Below, piece after piece: positions 22,198-36,614 of a DNA stretch of 64,000 nucleotides. Made by a program: the position numbers and the translations under genes. The stretch comes from Eukaryota sp. GEM-RC1 (lineage: Eukaryota): assembly GCA_040285855.1 (NCBI GenBank), contig JAUFOQ010000016.1:3162001-3226000 (forward strand), in the 5' to 3' direction. The notes beneath the pieces were generated by a model. It was not told where the DNA came from, searched no databases, and saw only the letters and a list, made by a program, of their open reading frames with translations. Numbering within the stretch: the stretch's first letter is position 1; every line of letters begins with the position of its first letter.

Positions 22198-25100
22198 AAG
22201 TCAACCAAAAATCAAAACTTTACACAACAATATATTAAAACGAAATCCCTGCATCAAAACTTTTTTGATCAAATCAAAGCCATGTATCTAAACTAAGGAG
22301 AGACCACAACTTTTCTGAAGTCTTGCAACAAGTCTTTCAACCAAAGTGTTTTTAACTTATGTTCTGGGTATTACAGTTTCAAATTTTTGGACAATAAATT
22401 ATCGCACAAATTACAAACAATATTACTCTGAACTTCAGTTATCAGTTACTTGTCACATTCTGGGTCAGTGTTTGTCAAAAAGGAATAATAAAAAAAGAAT
22501 AATTAATTAAAACAACAAAAAAAATGAAACACAGTACGTATTTTTCATTGATTCCGTCATCGTTTCTATCTTCCACAAATCTTTATTGTAATAAAACATC
22601 ATGGATAAACTGACAGTCCCGAGAGCAGTCCTCCTGAGCCGTGCTGCTCAATGAATACATTTTTCTTGCTTTGTTGGAGCAGGAAGGAATAAAATTATGG
22701 CAGTAGTGAGAGCTTTCCTGGGTAGCAGCATCGTGTTGCTCAACTAGACAAAAAAAAGTACCACATATGCTTTTTGGAAGTACAGGTCATGTAGAAGTCA
22801 ACAATACATTATTGCCATTTATTGTATTGCAATTATTGGCCCCATCAATTATTTTTTCGGAATCCCTGCATTGATGGATGTACTAATCATTTATCTGTTC
22901 ATCTGCTGCAATTTGTCTGAATATCAAAATCCAGAATTATTGTAGTATCGAACCGAAACCCCAACTTTTGAAAATTCGATGAATTAATGTCAACTGTTTT
23001 ATCCGTGTTACCACTTTCTGTTTGTTATACCCTTTCGGCCAACGGCCTTTGTTGTCAATCTCAGCCATAATTGGAGATCGATTCAATAGGAGGTGGCATT
23101 TTTCAATAGCGATATGTTTATCAACAACATAACATTGTACCTACGAGCAATTTCTGCAGAAGCTGCCACTTTGAATGAAGAGATTGGTTTAAATCTAAAT
23201 ATTGAACAGTGTTTCGTTATAGGAAAAGAACCTAATTTATTAACAATTCGTTCAACTAAAGTACCTTTTATTAACTATCTTTCTGATTTCTTGATTGTTT
23301 TCTATTGGTAAAAAGGAGGATGTTGTCAAAAATCTTGATGATTACTTGATTTAGATTCAACAAGAGTTGGATAAAATCAAAGTTCTTGAAATTAAAAACA
23401 CTTAAAGTTCTTCATGCTCTAAATTTGTTATTCTGGTTTTAATCAATTTGAAGGACAGATGTTCAGTTGCTTTGATTAACCAAATTCGACAGATTTATGG
23501 ATTGTTGTCCAAAGATCTTCAATGGATCACAACATTTTAGGACTTGCATTCATGATGCTGTCATAGATCAAATTCATGCAATGTGTAAGTCCTACAAAAT
23601 CGAATGTTTGAAATCAATAATTTAAAAAATAGTGATTCCGATAAAATGTGTATTTTATGTTATAAATTAAGGAAATACAAACAACTAGTACTTAAAAGAT
23701 ATTAAAAAGTGATTCTGATAAGTTATTTTGGTAAAGAACAGCTGATGTGATCGTTCCATCAGTCAAGGATGAACTAACGGCTGTTGATGCGATTACTGTG
23801 GATGTTTGCAAAAAAGGGCATTTAAGGATGCTAAAATGAAGTGTCTCCACTTGATTTTTCAGAACAATACAAGAGAAACAAATATGTTGTTCCCTTGACT
23901 ACTCTCAAACATTCTTGACATGTTGAGTACGAATTATGTCCTATTTCCATTTCAATTTATGGTCGACTTGGTAAAGAAGCTCTTTGTTTTCTCTCTGATG
24001 TTGAGATAGTTGTAAAAAAAGAATGAACAAGAAATTTGACTTTCAGTTTTGCTTGACTTGTATTGTTCATCAAAGGATTTGGCTTACATCTAGATTGAAG
24101 AGGTTTAATTTATTGCACCTTTTGAGACTATACGAGCAATTTCTGCAGAAGCTGCCACTTTGAATGAAGAGATGGGTTTAAATCTAAATATTGAAAAGTG
24201 TTTCGTTATAGGAAAAGAACCTAATTTATTAACAATTCGTTCAATTGAAGTACCTTTTATTAATTATCTTTCTGATTTCTTGATTGTTTCTTATTTTTTT
24301 TACCAAAGCAAACTTTTATGGAACAAAAACACTAAAATTCCAAAATTGTTTCTTATTGGTAAAAAGGCAAAGTTCCTGAAATTAAAAACACTTAAAGTTC
24401 TTCATGCTCTAAATTTGCTATTCTGGTTTTAATCAATTTGAAGGACATATGTTCAGTTGCTTTGATTAACCAAATTCGACACCAAAGACCTTCAATGGAA
24501 CACAACATTTTAGGACTTGCATTCATGATGCTGTCATAGATCAAATTCGTGCAATGTGTAAGTCCCACAAAATCGAATCTTTGAAATCAATAATTAAAAA
24601 ATAGTGATTCTGATAGGAGTTTTGGTAAAGAACAGCTGATGTCATGGTTCTATCAGTCAATGATGAACTAACGGCTGTTGATGCGATTACTGTGGATGTT
24701 TGCAAAAAGGGCATTTAAGGATGCTAACAATGAAGTGTCTCCACTTGATTTTTCAGAACAATACAAGAGAAACAAATATGATGTTCCCTTGACTACTCTC
24801 AAACATTCTAGACATGTTGAGTACGAATTTTGTCCTATTGCCATTTCAATTTATGTTCGACTTGGTAAAGAAGCTCTTTGTTTTCTCTCTGATGTTGAGA
24901 TAGTTGTAAAAAAGAATGACCAATAAATTGGACTTTCAGTTTTGCTTGACTTGTATTGTTCATCAAAGGATTTGGCTTACATCTAGATTGAAGAGGTTTA
25001 ATTTATTGCACCTTTTGAGACTATACGAGCAATTTCTGCAGAAGCTGCCACTTTGAATGAAGAGATGGGTTTAAATCTAAATATTGAAAAGTGTTTCGTT

Positions 25101-28100
25101 ATAGGAAAAGAACCTAATTTATTAACAATTCGTTCAATTGAAGTACTAGTACCTTTTATTAATTATGTTTCTGATTTCTTGATTGTTTCTTATTTTTTTT
25201 TACCAAAGCAAACTTTTATGGAACAAAAACACTAAAATTAAAAAATTGTTTCTTATTGGTAAAGAGAAGCATGTTGTCAAAAATCTTGATGATTACTTGA
25301 TTTAGATTCAACAAGAGTTGGATAAAATCAAAGTTCTTGAAATTAAAAACACTTAAAGTTCTTCATGCTCTAAATTTGTTATTCTGGTTTTAATCAATTT
25401 GAAGGGCAGATGTTCAGTTGCTTTGATTAACCAAATTCGACAGATTTATGGATTGTTGTCCAAAGATCTTCAATGGAACACAACATTTTAGGACTTGCAT
25501 TCATGATGCTGTCATAGATCAAATTCGTGCAATGTGTAAGTCCCACAAAATCGAATCTTTGAAATCAATAATTAAAAAATAGTGATTCTGATAGGAGTTT
25601 TGGTAAAGAACAGCTGATGTCATGGTTCTATCAGTCAATGATGAACTAACGGCTGTTGATGCGATTACTGTGGATGTTTGCAAAAAAGGGCATTTAAGGA
25701 TGCTAACAATGAAGTGTCTCCACTTGATTTTTCAGAACAATACAAGAGAAACAAATATGATGTTCCCTTGACTACTCTCAAACATTCTAGACATGTTGAG
25801 TACGAATTTTGTCCTATTGCCATTTCAATTTATGTTCGACTTGGTAAAGAAGCTCTTTGTTTTCTCTCTGATGTTGAGATAGTTGTAAAAAAAGAATGAC
25901 CAATAAATTGGACTTTCAGTTTTGCTTGACTTGTATTGTTCATCAAAGGATTTGGCTTACATCTAGATTGAAGAGGTTTAATTTATTGCACCTTTTGAGA
26001 CTATACGAGCAATTTCTGCAGAAGCTGCCACTTTGAATGAAGAGATGGGTTTAAATCTAAATATTGAAAAGTGTTTCGTTATAGGAAAAGAACCTAATTT
26101 ATTAACAATTCGTTCAATTGAAGTACTAGTACCTTTTATTAATTATGTTTCTGATTTCTTGATTGTTTCTTATTTTTTTTTACCAAAGCAAACTTTTATG
26201 GAACAAAAACACTAAAATTAAAAAATTGTTTCTTATTGGTAAAGAGAAGCATGTTGTCAAAAATCTTGATGATTACTTGATTTAGATTCAACAAGAGTTG
26301 GATAAAATCAAAGTTCTTGAAATTAAAAACACTTAAAGTTCTTCATGCTCTAAATTTGTTATTCTGGTTTTAATCAATTTGAAGGGCAGATGTTCAGTTG
26401 CTTTGATTAACCAAATTCGACAGATTTATGGATTGTTGTCCAAAGATCTTCAATGGAACACAACATTTTAGGACTTGCATTCATGATGCTGTCATAGATC
26501 AAATTCGTGCAATGTGTAAGTCCCACAAAATCGAATCTTTGAAATCAATAATTAAAAAATAGTGATTCTGATAAGAGTTTTGGTAAAGAACAGCTGATGT
26601 CATGGTTCTATCAGTCAATGATGAACTAACGGCTGTTGATGCGATTACTGTGGATGTTTGCAAAACAGGGCGTTTAAGGATGCTAACAATGAAGTGTCTC
26701 CACTTGATTTTTCAGAACAATACAAGAGAAACAAATATGATGTTCCCTTGACTACTCTCAAACATTCTAGACATGTTGAGTACGAATTTTGTCCTATTGC
26801 CATTTCAATTTATGTTCGACTTGGTAAAGAAGCTCTTTGTTTTCTCTCTGATGTTGAGATAGTTGTAAAAAAAGAATGAACAAGAAATTGGACTTTCAGT
26901 TTTGCTTGACTTGTATTGTTCATCAAAGGATTTGGCTTACATCTAGATTGAAGAGGTTTAATTTATTGCACCTTTTGAGACTATACGAGCAATTTCTGCA
27001 GAAGCTGCCACTTTGAATGAAGAGATGGGTTTAAATCTAAATATTGAAAAGTGTTTCGTTATAGGAAAAGAACCTAATTTATTAACAATTCGTTCAATTG
27101 AAGTACTAGTACCTTTTATTAATTATGTTTCTGATTTCTTGATTGTTTCTTATTTTTTTTTTACCAAAGCAAACTTTTATGGAACAAAAACACTAAAATT
27201 AAAAAATTGTTTCTTATTGGTAAAGAGAAGCATGTTGTCAAAAATCTTGATGATTACTTGATTTAGATTCAACAAGAGTTGGATAAAATCAAAGTTCTTG
27301 AAATTAAAAACACTTAAAGTTCTTCATGCTCTAAATTTGTTATTCTGGTTTTAATCAATTTGAAGGCAGAGGTTCAGTTGCTTTGATTAACCAAATTCGA
27401 CAGATTTATGGATTGTTGTCCAAAGATCTTCAATGGATCACAACATTTTAGGACTTGCATTCATGATGCTGTCATAGATCAAATTCGTGCAATGTGTAAG
27501 TCCCACAAAATCGTATCTTTGAAATCAATAATTAAAAAATAGTGATTCTGATAAGAGTTTTGGTAAAGAACAGCTGATGTCATGGTTCTATCAGTCAATG
27601 ATGAACTAACGGCTGTTGATGCGATTACTGTGGATGTTTGCAAAACAGGGCGTTTAAGGATGCTAACAATGTCTCCACTTGATTTTTCAGAACAATACAA
27701 GAGAAACAAATATGATGTTCCCTTGACTATTCTCAAACATTCTAGACATGTTGAGTACGAATTTTGTCCTATTGCCATTTCAATTTATGTTCGACTTGGT
27801 AAAGAAGCTCTTTGTTTTCTCTCTGATGTTGAGATAGTTGTAAAAAAAGAATGAACAAGAAATTTGACTTTCAGTTTTGCTTGACTTGTATTGTTCATCA
27901 AAGGATTTGGCTTACATCTAGATTGAAGAGGTTTAATTTATTGCACCTTTTGAGACTATACGAGCAATTTCTGCAGAAGCTGCCACTTTGAATGAAGAGA
28001 TGGGTTTAAATCTAAATATTGAAAAGTGTTTCGTTATAGGAAAAGAACCTAATTTATTAACAATTCGTTCAATTGAAGTACTAGTACCTTTTATTAATTA

Positions 28101-31100
28101 TGTTTCTGATTTCTTGATTGTTTCTTATTTTTTTTACCAAAGCAAACTTTTATGGAACAAAAACACTAAAATTAAAAAATTGTTTCTTATTGGTAAAGAG
28201 AAGCATGTTGTCAAAAATCTTGATGATTACTTGATTTAGATTCAACAAGAGTTGGATAAAATCAAAGTTCTTGAAATTAAAAACACTTAAAGTTCTTCAT
28301 GCTCTAAATTTGTTATTCTGGTTTTAATCAATTTGAAGGCAGAGGTTCAGTTGCTTTGATTAACCAAATTCGACAGATTTATGGATTGTTGTCCAAAAGA
28401 TCTTCAATGGATCACAACATTTTAGGACTTGCATTCATGATGCTGTCATAGATCAAATTCGTGCAATGTGTAAGTCCCACAAAATCGTATCTTTGAAATC
28501 AATAATTAAAAAATAGTGATTCTGATAAGAGTTTTGGTAAAGAACAGCTGATGTCATGGTTCTATCAGTCAATGATGAACTAACGGCTGTTGATGCGATT
28601 ACTGTGGATGTTTGCAAAACAGGGCGTTTAAGGATGCTAACAATGTCTCCACTTGATTTTTCAGAACAATACAAGAGAAACAAATATGATGTTCCCTTGA
28701 CTATTCTCAAACATTCTAGACATGTTGAGTACGAATTTTGTCCTATTGCCATTTCAATTTATGTTCGACTTGGTAAAGAAGCTCTTTGTTTTCTCTCTGA
28801 TGTTGAGATAGTTGTAAAAAAGAATGAACAAGAAATTTGACTTTCAGTTTTGCTTGACTTGTATTGTTCATCAAAGGATTTGGCTTACATCTAGATTGAA
28901 GAGGTTTAATTTATTGCACCTTTTGAGACTATACGAGCAATTTCTGCAGAAGCTGCCACTTTGAATGAAGAGATGGGTTTAAATCTAAATATTGAAAAGT
29001 GTTTCGTTATAGGAAAAGAACCTAATTTATTAACAATTCGTTCAATTGAAGTACTAGTACCTTTTATTAATTATGTTTCTGATTTCTTGATTGTTTCTTA
29101 TTTTTTTTACCAAAGCAAACTTTTATGGAACAAAAACACTAAAATTAAAAAATTGTTTCTTATTGGTAAAGAGAAGCATGTTGTCAAAAATCTTGATGAT
29201 TACTTGATTTAGATTCAACAAGAGTTGGATAAAATCAAAGTTCTTGAAATTAAAAACACTTAAAGTTCTCCATGCTCTAAATTTGTTATTCTTGGTTTTA
29301 ATCAATTTGAAGGACAGATGTTCAGTTGCTTTGATTAACCAAATTCGACAGATTTATGGATTGTTGTCCAAAGATCTTCAATGGATCACAACATTTTAGG
29401 ACTTGCATTCATGATGCTGTCATAGATCAAATTCATGCAATGTGTAAGTCCTACAAAATCGAATGTTTGAAATCAATAATTTAAAAAATAGTGATTCCGA
29501 TAAAATGTGTATTTTATGTTATAAATTAAGGAAATACAAACAACTAGTACTTAAAAGATATTAAAAAGTGATTCTGATAAGTTATTTTGGTAAAGAACAG
29601 CTGATGTGATCGTTCCATCAGTCAAGGATGAACTAACGGCTGTTGACGTGATTACTGTGGATGTTTGCAAAAGAGGGCATTTAAGGATGCTAACAATGAA
29701 GTGTCTCCACTTGATTTTTCAGAACAATACAAGAGAAACAAATATGTTGTTCCCTTGACTACTCTCAAACATTCTTGACATGTTGAGTACGAATTATGTC
29801 CTATTTCCATTTCAATTTATGGTCGACTTGGTAAAGAAGCTCTTTGTTTTCTCTCTGATGTTGAGATAGTTGTAAAAAAAGAATGAACAAGAAATTTGAC
29901 TTTCAGTTTTGCTTGACTTGTATTGTTCATCAAAGGATTTGGCTTACATCTAGATTGAAGAGGTTTAATTTATTGCACCTTTTGAGACTATACGAGCAAT
30001 TTCTGCAGAAGCTGCCACTTTGAATGAAGAGATGGGTTTAAATCTAAATATTGAAAAGTGTTTCGTTATAGGAAAAGAACCTAATTTATTAACAATTCGT
30101 TCAATTGAAGTACCTTTTATTAATTATCTTTCTGATTTCTTGATTGTTTCTTATTTTTTTTTTACCAAAGCAAACTTTTATGGAACAAAAACACTAAAAT
30201 TCCAAAATTGTTTCTTATTGGTAAAAGGCAAAGTTCCTGAAATTAAAAACACTTAAAGTTCTTCATGCTCTAAATTTGCTATTCTGGTTTTAATCAATTT
30301 GAAGGACATATGTTCAGTTGCTTTGATTAACCAAATTCGACACCAAAGACCTTCAATGGAACACAACATTTTAGGACTTGCATTCATGATGCTGTCATAG
30401 ATCAAATTCGTGCAATGTGTAAGTCCCACAAAATCGAATCTTTGAAATCAATAATTAAAAAATAGTGATTCTGATAAGAGTTTTGGTAAAGATCAGCTGA
30501 TGTCATGGTTCTATCAGTCAATGATGAACTAACGGCTGTTGATGCGATTACTGTGGATGTTTGCAAAAAAAGGGCATTTAAGGATGCTAACAATGAAGTG
30601 TCTCCACTTGATTTTTCAGAACAATACAAGAGAAACAAATATGATGTTCCCTTGACTACTCTCAAACATTCTAGACATGTTGAGTACGAATTTTGTCCTA
30701 TTGCCATTTCAATTTATGTTCGACTTGGTAAAGAAGCTCTTTGTTTTCTCTCTGATGTTGAGATAGTTGTAAAAAAAGAATGACCAAGAAATTGGACTTT
30801 CAGTTTTGCTTGACTTGTATTGTTCATCAAAGGATTTGGCTTACATCTAGATTGAAGAGGTTTAATTTATTGCACCTTTTGAGACTATACGAGCAATTTC
30901 TGCAGAAGCTGCCACTTTGAATGAAGAGATGGGTTTAAATCTAAATATTGAAAAGTGTTTCGTTATAGGAAAAGAACCTAATTTATTAACAATTCGTTCA
31001 ATTGAAGTACTAGTACCTTTTATTAATTATGTTTCTGATTTCTTGATTGTTTCTTATTTTTTTACCAAAGCAAACTTTTATGGAACAAAAACACTAAAAT

Positions 31101-34100
31101 TAAAAAATTGTTTCTTATTGGTAAAGAGAAGCATGTTGTCAAAAATCTTGATGATTACTTGATTTAGATTCAACAAGAGTTGGATAAAATCAAAGTTCTT
31201 GAAATTAAAAACACTTAAAGTTCTTCATGCTCTAAATTTGTTATTCTGGTTTTAATCAATTTGAAGGGCAGATGTTCAGTTGCTTTGATTAACCAAATTC
31301 GACAGATTTATGGATTGTTGTCCAAAGATCTTCAATGGAACACAACATTTTAGGACTTGCATTCATGATGCTGTCATAGATCAAATTCGTGCAATGTGTA
31401 AGTCCCACAAAATCGAATCTTTGAAATCAATAATTAAAAAATAGTGATTCTGATAAGAGTTTTGGTAAAGAACAGCTGATGTCATGGTTCTATCAGTCAA
31501 TGATGAACTAACGGCTGTTGATGCGATTACTGTGGATGTTTGCAAAACAGGGCGTTTAAGGATGCTAACAATGAAGTGTCTCCACTTGATTTTTCAGAAC
31601 AATACAAGAGAAACAAATATGATGTTCCCTTGACTACTCTCAAACATTCTAGACATGTTGAGTACGAATTTTGTCCTATTGCCATTTCAATTTATGTTCG
31701 ACTTGGTAAAGAAGCTCTTTGTTTTCTCTCTGATGTTGAGATAGTTGTAAAAAAAGAATGAACAAGAAATTGGACTTTCAGTTTTGCTTGACTTGTATTG
31801 TTCATCAAAGGATTTGGCTTACATCTAGATTGAAGAGGTTTAATTTATTGCACCTTTTGAGACTATACGAGCAATTTCTGCAGAAGCTGCCACTTTGAAT
31901 GAAGAGATGGGTTTAAATCTAAATATTGAAAAGTGTTTCGTTATAGGAAAAGAACCTAATTTATTAACAATTCGTTCAATTGAAGTACTAGTACCTTTTA
32001 TTAATTATGTTTCTGATTTCTTGATTGTTTCTTATTTTTTTTACCAAAGCAAACTTTTATGGAACAAAAACACTAAAATTAAAAAATTGTTTCTTATTGG
32101 TAAAGAGAAGCATGTTGTCAAAAATCTTGATGATTACTTGATTTAGATTCAACAAGAGTTGGATAAAATCAAAGTTCTTGAAATTAAAAACACTTAAAGT
32201 TCTTCATGCTCTAAATTTGTTATTCTGGTTTTAATCAATTTGAAGGGCAGAGGTTCAGTTGCTTTGATTAACCAAATTCGACAGATTTATGGATTGTTGT
32301 CCAAAGATCTTCAATGGATCACAACATTTTAGGACTTGCATTCATGATGCTGTCATAGATCAAATTCGTGCAATGTGTAAGTCCCACAAAATCGTATCTT
32401 TGAAATCAATAATTAAAAAATAGTGATTCTGATAAGAGTTTTGGTAAAGAACAGCTGATGTCATGGTTCTATCAGTCAATGATGAACTAACGGCTGTTGA
32501 TGCGATTACTGTGGATGTTTGCAAAACAGGGCGTTTAAGGATGCTAACAATGTCTCCACTTGATTTTTCAGAACAATACAAGAGAAACAAATATGATGTT
32601 CCCTTGACTACTCTCAAACATTCTAGACATGTTGAGTACGAATTTTGTCCTATTGCCATTTCAATTTATGTTCGACTTGGTAAAGAAGCTCTTTGTTTTC
32701 TCTCTGATGTTGAGATAGTTGTAAAAAAGAATGAACAAGAAATTTGACTTTCAGTTTTGCTTGACTTGTATTGTTCATCAAAGGATTTGGCTTACATCTA
32801 GATTGAAGAGGTTTAATTTATTGCACCTTTTGAGACTATACGAGCAATTTCTGCAGAAGCTGCCACTTTGAATGAAGAGATGGGTTTAAATCTAAATATT
32901 GAAAAGTGTTTCGTTATAGGAAAAGAACCTAATTTATTAACAATTCGTTCAATTGAAGTACCTTTTATTAATTATCTTTCTGATTTCTTGATTGTTTCTT
33001 ATTTTTTTACCAAAGCAAACTTTTATGGAACAAAAACACTAAAATTCCAAAATTGTTTCTTATTGGTAAAAAGGCAAAGTTCCTGAAATTAAAAACACTT
33101 AAAGTTCTTCATGCTCTAAATTTGCTATTCTGGTTTTAATCAATTTGAAGGACATATGTTCAGTTGCTTTGATTAACCAAATTCGACACCAAAGACCTTC
33201 AATGGAACACAACATTTTAGGACTTGCATTCATGATGCTGTCATAGATCAAATTCGTGCAATGTGTAAGTCCCACAAAATCGAATCTTTGAAATCAATAA
33301 TTAAAAAATAGTGATTCTGATAAGAGTTTTGGTAAAGAACAGCTGATGTCATGGTTCCATCGGTCAATGATGAACTAACGGCTGTTGATGCGATTACTGT
33401 GGATGTTTGCAAAAAAGGGCATTTAAGGATGCTAACAATGAAGTGTCTCCACTTGATTTTTCAGAACAATACAAGAGAAACAAATATGATGTTCCCTTGA
33501 CTACTCTCAAACATTCTAGACATGTTGAGTACGAATTATGTCCTATTGCCATTTCAATTTATGTTCGACTTGGTAAAGAAGCTCTTTGTTTTCTCTGATG
33601 TTGAGATAGTTGTAAAAAAAGAATGAACAAGACATTTGACTTTCAGTTTTGCTTGACTTGTAATGTTCATCAAAGAATTTGGCTTACATCTAGATTGGGG
33701 CGTTTCCTTTATTGCACCTTTTGAGACTATACGAGCAATTTCTGCAGAAGCTGACACTTTGAATGAAGAGATTGGTTTAAATCTAAATATTGAAAAATGT
33801 TTCGTTATAGGAAAACAACTTAATTTATTAACAATTCGTTCAACTGAAGTACCTTTTATTAATTATCTTCCTGATTTCTTTATTTTTTCTTATTTTTTTC
33901 CAAAGCAAACTTTTATGGAACAAAAACACTAATATTACAAAATTGTTTCTTATTGGTAAAAAGGCAAAGTTCTGGAAATTAACAACTCTTAAAGTTCTTC
34001 ATGCTCTAAATTTGCTATTCTGGTTTTAATCAATTTGAAGGACACATGTTCAGTTGCTTTGATTAACCAAATTCGACCAAATTCGGGATTGTTGTCCAAA

Positions 34101-36614
34101 GATCTTCAATGGATCAGAACATTTTAGGACTTGCATTCATGATGCTGTCATAGATCAAATTCGTACAATGTGTAAGTCCCACAAAATCGAATCTTTGAAA
34201 TCGATAATTCAAAAATAGTGATTCTGATAAGAGTTTTGGTAAAGAACGGCTGATGTCATGGTTCCATTAGTCAATGACGAACTAACGGCTGTTGATGCGA
34301 TTACTGTGGATGTTTGCAAAAAAAGGGCATTTAAGGATGCTAACAATGAAGTGTCTCCACTTGATTTTTCAGTACAATACAAGAGAAACAAATATGATGT
34401 TCCCTTGACTACTCTCAAACATTCTAGACATGTTGAGTACGAATTATGTCCTTTGCCATTTCAATTTATGGTCGACTTGGTAAAGAAGCTCTTTGTTTTC
34501 TCTGATGTTGAGATAGTTGTTAAAAAAGAATGAACAAGACATTTGACTTTCAGTTTTGCTTGACTTGTATTGTTCATCAAAGGATTTGGCTTACATCTAG
34601 ATTGAAGAGGTTTAATTTATTGCACATTTTGAGACTAAGCAATTTCTGCAGAAGCTGCCACTTTGAATGAAGAGATGGGTTTATATCTAAATATTGAAAA
34701 GTGTTTCGGTATAGGAAAAGAACCTAATTTATTAACAATTCGTTCAATTGAAGTACCTTTTATTAATTATCTTTCTGATTTCTTGATTGTTTCTTATTTT
34801 TTTTTACCAAAGCAAACTTTTATGGAACAAAAACACTAAAATTCCAAAATTGTTTCTTATTGGTAAAAAGGCAAAGTTCCTGAAATTAAAAACACTTAAA
34901 GTTCTTCATGCTCTAAATTTGCTATTCTGGTTTTAATCAATTTGAAGGACATATGTTCAGTTGCTTTGATTAACCAAATTCGACACCAAAGACCTTCAAT
35001 GGAACACAACATTTTAGGACTTGCATTCATGATGCTGTCATAGATCAAATTCGTGCAATGTGTAAGTCCCACAAAATCGAATCTTTGAAATCAATAATTA
35101 AAAAATAGTGATTCTGATAAGAGTTTTGGTAAAGAACAGCTGATGTCATGGTTCCATCGGTCAATGATGAACTAACGGCTGTTGATGCGATTACTGTGGA
35201 TGTTTGCAAAAGAGGGCATTTAAGGATGCTAACAATGAAGTGTCTCCACTTGATTTTTCAGAACAATACAAGAGAAACAAATATGATGTTCCCTTGACTA
35301 CTCTCAAACATTCTAGACATGTTGAGTACGAATTTTGTCCTATTGCCATTTCAATTTATGTTCGACTTGGTAAAGAAGCTCTTTGTTTTCTCTCTGATGT
35401 TGAGATAGTTGTAAAAAAAGAATGAACAAGAAATTTGACTTTCAGTTTTGCTTGACTTGTATTGTTCATCAAAGGATTTGGCTTACATCTAGATTGAAGA
35501 GGTTTAATTTATTGCACCTTTTGAGACTATACGAGCAATTTCTGCAGAAGCTGCCACTTTGAATGAAGAGATGGGTTTAAATCTAAATATTGAAAAGTGT
35601 TTCGTTATAGGAAAAGAACCTAATTTATTAACAATTCGTTCAATTGAAGTACTAGTACCTTTTATTAATTATGTTTCTGATTTCTTGATTGTTTCTTATT
35701 TTTTTTTTTACCAAAGCAAACTTTTATGGAACAAAAACACTAAAATTAAAAAATTGTTTCTTATTGGTAAAGAGAAGCATGTTGTCAAAAATCTTGATGA
35801 TTACTTGATTTAGATTCAACAAGAGTTGGATAAAATCAAAGTTCTTGAAATTAAAAACACTTAAAGTTCTTCATGCTCTAAATTTGTTATTCTTGGTTTT
35901 AATCAATTTGAAGGACAGATGTTCAGTTGCTTTGATTAACCAAATTCGACAGATTTATGGATTGTTGTCCAAAGATCTTCAATGGATCACAACATTTTAG
36001 GACTTGCATTCATGATGCTGTCATAGATCAAATTCATGCACTGTGTAAGTCCTACAAAATCGAATCTTTGAAATCAATAATTAAAAAATAGTGATTCTGA
36101 TAAGAGTTTTGGTAAAGAACAGCTGATGTCATGGTTCTATCAGTCAATGATGAACTAACGGCTGTTGATGCGATTACTGTGGATGTTTGCAAAACAGGGC
36201 GTTTAAGGATGCTAACAATGAAGTGTCTCCACTTGATTTTTCAGAACAATACAAGAGAAACAAATATGATGTTCCTTGACTACTCTCAAACATTCTAGAC
36301 ATGTTGAGTACGAATTTTGTCCTATTGCCATTTCAATTTATGTTCGACTTGGTAAAGAAGCTCTTTGTTTTCTCTCTGATGTTGAGATAGTTGTAAAAAA
36401 AGAATGAACAAGAAATTGGACTTTCAGTTTTGCTTGACTTGTATTGTTCATCAAAGGATTTGGCTTACATCTAGATTGAAGAGGTTTAATTTATTGCACC
36501 TTTTGAGACTATACGAGCAATTTCTGCAGAAGCTGCCACTTTGAATGAAGAGATGGGTTTAAATCTAAATATTGAAAAGTGTTTCGTTATAGGAAAAGAA
36601 CCTAATTTATTAAC

